Source: Minutocellus sp. GHC0000111 (lineage: Eukaryota). Taken from it: a stretch of 64,000 nt of DNA. The notes beneath the pieces are model-generated. The model did not search any database and was not told where the DNA came from. It was given only the letters and a program-made list of their open reading frames with translations. Position numbers and translations under genes: made by a program. This document shows positions 58,851-64,000 of this stretch, in pieces. Location: assembly GCA_977018835.1 (NCBI GenBank), contig OZ361258.1, forward strand, positions 4,774,001 through 4,838,000. The letters run 5' to 3'. Every line of letters begins with the position of its first letter. The first letter of the stretch is position 1.

Positions 58851-61102
58851 ACAGAAACGAAAAATACAACAAATTGGGAACGCTGCTACATTCACCAACC
58901 CTACACAACAGAGATAGCACAAACTAGGCGATTCCTTATAGCCTTCTACCCTACTAACTAACTAACCAACTAACTAACTAAGTTTATCAAGCTCATTGTC
59001 TGACAAGCCAAAGGGCGGCGCAACTCTTTGCTCGTGACGCCATATCCGCGCTATCCACTTCTCATCTACCGCTGCACAACCTTCATGCTCTGTTCTTTCG
59101 TCAAATACACCGTTCGCATCGGCAGGGAAAAATAGCAAAGCGTCGCCTTTCTTTGGCTTGATGGTGAGCTTGGAGTCATTCGGATCGCCTTCAACGGTCG
59201 TTATTGCCGGCAGCTTGCCAAATCGAGTATTGCCACCACTGGGAACGTCATTGAGATAGACTAATAATGTGGCCAAGGTTTGGCCTCCCCTATTCGCATC
59301 CTCGGTGGCCGCAGACCTATTTGCGTCATAATGCGGGGCGAGTACCTGATCGCTTTCATATCGAATAACAGTTGGTGCTTCAAATAGCCTGCTTTCTCTC
59401 TTGGCCGCCTTGCTGGTTTCGACCCCATCCCCGAATAGAGCCGCTGCTCGACGCACAAAGGCTCCAGATCCACCCTCAACTGTGCTAAGTGTCGTCGAGG
59501 TACTGGTCCTCAGTTGTTGAAGACTATCAGCGCGATTCTTCGTAAAGACAGCAATGCCCGCGATGGCAATCACAAGCAATATGCCGAAATTTTGGAGCAT
59601 ATGTACGACGAGGTCAATCTGTGATGCCGATGCATCATCCTTGGTCTGGAACCATGCCCCGCCAATTGCCAACCACGCCACTGGTCCTTTCGCTGCAAGC
59701 TCGGTCAAATCCTTCAAATCACTCGTCCAGCCCGCGTATGCGACTGGCGACTGCGCCATGTCGCCCTTAGCTTTTGCCCGAGTGATAATATCTTCACAGG
59801 CATCATCGTCAAGGAAATTTTCCAACACAAATATATCCGGATTCCTGTGGATTCGTTTGGCGCCAGGAAAGGATTCATCGATTGGTATCCTTTGGCCAAC
59901 TGACGATTGGAGCGCAACAAGGGGCGGTGGCGTCGTTGGTCGGTGAGCGATGGGAGACACAAACGAGAATGTGGCGCTTGGTAGCAGGGCCAAAGCGCCC
60001 AAGAGAATTGCTGATGCCATTTTTGCCTGATTTGCTTGCAGAGGAGAAAGCACTGCGGCCAACAAGACGCCAAGGCGTAGGCGCCATAGCCAGTTGAAGA
60101 TGACAGTCAAAGAGTGCTATTGACTCATAACCTGATATCTTCAAGCGTCACTCGTCATCACACTGCGACAACAATGAGGCCAACCATCGCTCTGTTTGCG
60201 GCGTTTACAAATCCATCTTCCCTGAGGCCAAACGCCGCACGACCACTAACATCACTCACAATGGCATCGTCTGGGGACAAGCAGCTCGTTGTAGGTAAGT
60301 TAATCTTGGATCGATGGCTTTGATTGTTACAGGCTACTTTCGAAGAACAGTGACTCTTCACATATTTATTTGATCTTTGTTTGCAACTATGCTACATATT
60401 GGGAATCAGTTTGACTGACAGCACGTCCGCTCGACTTCTTTCGTCGCCAGACCCATTCTGCTTCCGGCAGTTTGCCGAGCACGAGGCATCGAAGGAATAC
60501 AAGGGCACGGTGTTCAACATGTCCGTGGAAGAATTTGAGGCCATTGTGAATTCCAGATACGACGAAAAAAACTGTAAGACGGATACGCACCATTCTGCAA
60601 GCACATCTTTTTGAAGAACGATATTGCCCCGGATGCCAAGTCGAACATTTTGCCCATCACCAAGGAGAATGAGCACCTGCTGCGGAGCAAATACGAAGCG
60701 CGGAACGATAAGGAGCTGCCTGTTTTGACGAGATGGTTCCCCTCGGAACTGGTTGGTGATGACATGCTCCCCACCGCAGAATATTTGGACTTGATCTTGT
60801 ATTCTCGTGAACAAATCGACAAGGAAAATGAGAGCATGGGCAAGCCGGGAAGAGAGGGAGAGACTGCACCCTGGGGAATTGTCAGTATCAAGGCACAGGG
60901 AGTGGACTATGAGCTGCCGATGACCCCCATCACAGCAATGCGAAATGCGCTCGGGAAGGAGCATGGCGGAAGTGGTGTCGAGATTGATCGCGATGCCTAT
61001 ATGGAGGCGTATAACTTTTGGAAGGACCATGCCACTGTCTCCTGAAGAAGCAAGGATTTTTATCATCAATGAAGAATGGAAAAAGGGAAGCAGGAGAGAA
61101 TT
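58851..61102. repeat. Duplicate of 39192-41443 (P4H-like gene 60020-58974 on minus; DUF3228 gene 60174-61045 on plus)
   Basis: Identical ORF translations offset by 19659. Confidence 0.96.
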
Positions 61103-61302
61103 NNNNNNNNNNNNNNNNNNNNNNNNNNNNNNNNNNNNNNNNNNNNNNNNNNNNNNNNNNNNNNNNNNNNNNNNNNNNNNNNNNNNNNNNNNNNNNNNNN
61201 NNNNNNNNNNNNNNNNNNNNNNNNNNNNNNNNNNNNNNNNNNNNNNNNNNNNNNNNNNNNNNNNNNNNNNNNNNNNNNNNNNNNNNNNNNNNNNNNNNNN
61301 NN
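61103..61302. other. Assembly gap (200 N)
   Basis: Run of N. Confidence 1.
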
Positions 61303-62785
61303 AGGCATTGAAATCACATCGATTGATGTGTACACAGATCGAAAATACCACATTGAAGTGGAGGTCTGGACCCGAGTTGGAACCGCACTGGGCAAAATAC
61401 CATTCCCGGATCCATCCTGGACATTGAGAGCGAGTTCACACCGTTGCCACAGAGTGACTTTGTGCCGGTACAGCTCTTGGAGAGTGTGCCGATGCGAGGA
61501 TTCGTAGTTTTTGCGCTTACGCCTGACATTCGATACACACCAAATCAGGACAGGACATATGATACCCTTGCTTCTGATTCGAATATTCAAATATCCGACG
61601 GCGACGGAATTACGAGCTGCCCTTTCCGAGGGCCTGTGGAAGGAGCATCCATCCCCCACCGTCTATTCAATGGACAAATCCACTGTGAGTGACTTGTGGG
61701 GATGCCTTTTGAAGAGTTTGTCGATGCTCTGCTTACTCTAGCTTAGTGTTGCAATTATGTTGCGAAGCACTCACGTTTCCCAAATTTTCTTTTTTTTTTG
61801 TGTCCCTTTCATCAATCATTAGATACTGTCCTTTCGTAGCTAGAGGTTGCTATCTACGTAGCTAAGGTAGCTAATTTGATGATTCGATTCGGTGTGTATC
61901 AATGTGCATCCGAGGGAAGCTGTGCGCCGCATCGAAGTTTGCTGTGCGCTCATTCCAAGGTAACAACGCCAAATAGACAGTCCAAACGTATGCGTAGAGT
62001 TTTTAATCATCACTCTACCTACATCCACAAAACCCATTTTTTACATTAGTTCTCGAAGGCCGTCGACATCTACTACCGGCTAGCCGGTAAGGCCACTAAA
62101 ACCAACGCCAACGCCTCGCCAGGAATCCTGGATTTTGCCGCATTTTTTGCCGAAATTTACCCGCCGGAGCAGCATTAGTGAGAATGGAGCACCAGGGCGT
62201 AGTCCAGAACTCCGTCCAAGCGCTTATATCATTCCATGTGTGCTGTCAGATAACGAAAGCAAATGAAATGATTGATCATGCTCATAAGGCGAGATTTGAA
62301 CCCTTCCAACCTGCCGAGAAATCCAGATTTCGCCCCCCTCGACCCCGACCAGCCACAATAGGCTCCCTTGCGCAAAAAGTAGCAAAGGAAACCTCGACCT
62401 AAGCCTAACGAAGCTTAGTTGTATCACAAATAACAAAGGGATGCCCTCCCGTGTTGCTATTTGTACTTGCTTGCTGTGGTTTTAATATCATCGCATCGCC
62501 GAGGTCCTCAATTTTTTTCGCCCACGACCTCCGGGGGCCGAAATACATGTAGCGAGAATTGGTGGCCAAGCCATGATCCAAACCTCGGTCAAAGCGCTCA
62601 TGTCATCCTTTGGATATATCAGTAGGGAACGGAAGTAAATGGAGCGAGAGATCTACTCCAGAAGGTGAGAAATTCAAACCCCTCCAAGCCTATCCAGAAT
62701 CTTAAAAAAATACGTCGGCGACTCTGGGAGCTGAAATAGTGAGAATTGGTGGCCAAGCCATGATCCAAACCTCGGTCAAAGCGCT
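61303..62785. repeat. Duplicate of 57368-58850
   Basis: Identical ORF translations offset by 3935; starts directly at the gap edge. Confidence 0.95.
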
Positions 62786-64000
62786 CACATCATCCTTTGA
62801 ATATATCAGTAGGGAACGGAAGTAAATGGAGCGAGAGATCTTTTTCCAATGCTGAGATTCAAACCCTGCCAACACCGCTCAGACTCGCAAATTAGATATC
62901 CCGGGATGATTCATACGTGTCATTAGGGATCAAAAGAAGGTCAAGATATCACCCAGTCATTAGTCCTAGCGCTCCTAAGATCCTTTGAATATAGTGACGG
63001 GTAATAGAAGCAAATGAAGCAGTAAAATGCGCTCAGCAGTATAGGGTCCAGCCTTCTTAATGAACGCCGAAAATGCCAGAAAATGACCCGTTATCGACCT
63101 CCGGGAGCAGCAATAGAGAGATTCGGTGGACAAGCCGCAGTCGGAACCTCGGACAAAAGCGCTCATATCATCCTTGAGGTATATCGGTAGGGAAAGGACG
63201 CAAATGGAGCGGGGTCCTGACTCGGCTAGGTGAGAATCAAACCCTCCCAGCCCACTCAGATCCTCAAAACCGGTGCTTCGAGGATGGTTCGTACGTGACA
63301 TTTGGGATCAAAAGTACATCAAGCCAAGCTCCAATCATCGGTCAAAGTTCTTGTAGCACCCTTTGTGTATTGTTCCTGGCAACGAAAGCAAATGAGGTAC
63401 TAGATCAAGCACAACAGGCAACGTTCCAGTCCTCTCACAACCGCAAAAATATAAGAAATGTCGCCGACGCCGACCTCCACGAAAGTAAGAATCGTGAATT
63501 GGACGATTTGGACGACGAGAAATTGACCAATCCTCTGTCAAAACTCTCATGTCATCAGTGTGGTACATCGGCAGGGAAATTGAGCAAGTAAAGTGGGGTC
63601 ATGAGATTCAAGCCATCCCAACACGTTCAGAATCTCAGAGATTCGTTGTCGTCGACCTTCGGGAGCAAGAATAGCGATGATTGACGCACAGGTCATTGCC
63701 CTTTCTTCGGCCCAAACGCTCATGGCTTTCCTCAAGTATAGCATCAGGCGACGGAAGCAAACGGAATAGACGATCTAGACGAACATCCGAGATTTAAGCC
63801 ATCTCAACAAATTAAGAATCGCAGATTTGTTGTCGTCCACAATTCAGACAACTCACAGCAGCAGGAGCATCTTATTTCCACACGCATACAACCTCTGGTT
63901 CACTACCCATCGGTCTTTTCTCCGAAGATACGCCAAAAACACATCCATCACGGTCCATGAATTTCAGGAATTTCACCAATGCGTCCTCCCCAGTAGACCC

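Noticed and set aside
60392..61659. ORFs containing X runs
   Set aside because: Artefacts of translating through the N gap.
61303..62785. Biological tandem duplication of 57368-58850
   Set aside because: Apparently identical and abutting a round 200-N gap; more likely overlapping contig ends or two alleles scaffolded in series.

Overview
Eukaryotic, gene-dense nuclear DNA, almost certainly from a diatom. The evidence is short GT-AG introns, bipartite signal + AF plastid-targeting peptides, a theta-carbonic anhydrase, helicase-associated (HA) repeat proteins, DUF6824 and PhoX. The first ~15.5 kb holds intact genes: GMP synthase, an STT3-ankyrin fusion, a double NmrA protein, DUF4336, RimP-like, UXS and a LOG-family protein. 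From ~18 kb onward many genes carry frameshifts or in-frame stops, and the region is heavily rearranged. It contains a TA-flanked Tc1/mariner-like TIR element, a 1443-bp tandem duplication and a head-to-head deletion junction. It also has a 2.25-kb two-gene copy inserted in a repeat array and a duplicated block beside a 200-N gap. The most striking feature is a tyrosine-recombinase (Crypton-like) element at ~47680-51517. It has a recognisable R-K-(H)xxR-H-Y catalytic set, repeated GGGTAAAGTT end motifs, a duplicated 3' half whose second copy lacks the first copy's frameshifts, and ~490-bp direct repeats of host sequence on both sides. It sits at the 5' end of an unusual membrane-anchored LRR-PhoX phosphatase gene. 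All family calls come from motif recognition by eye; no searches were run.
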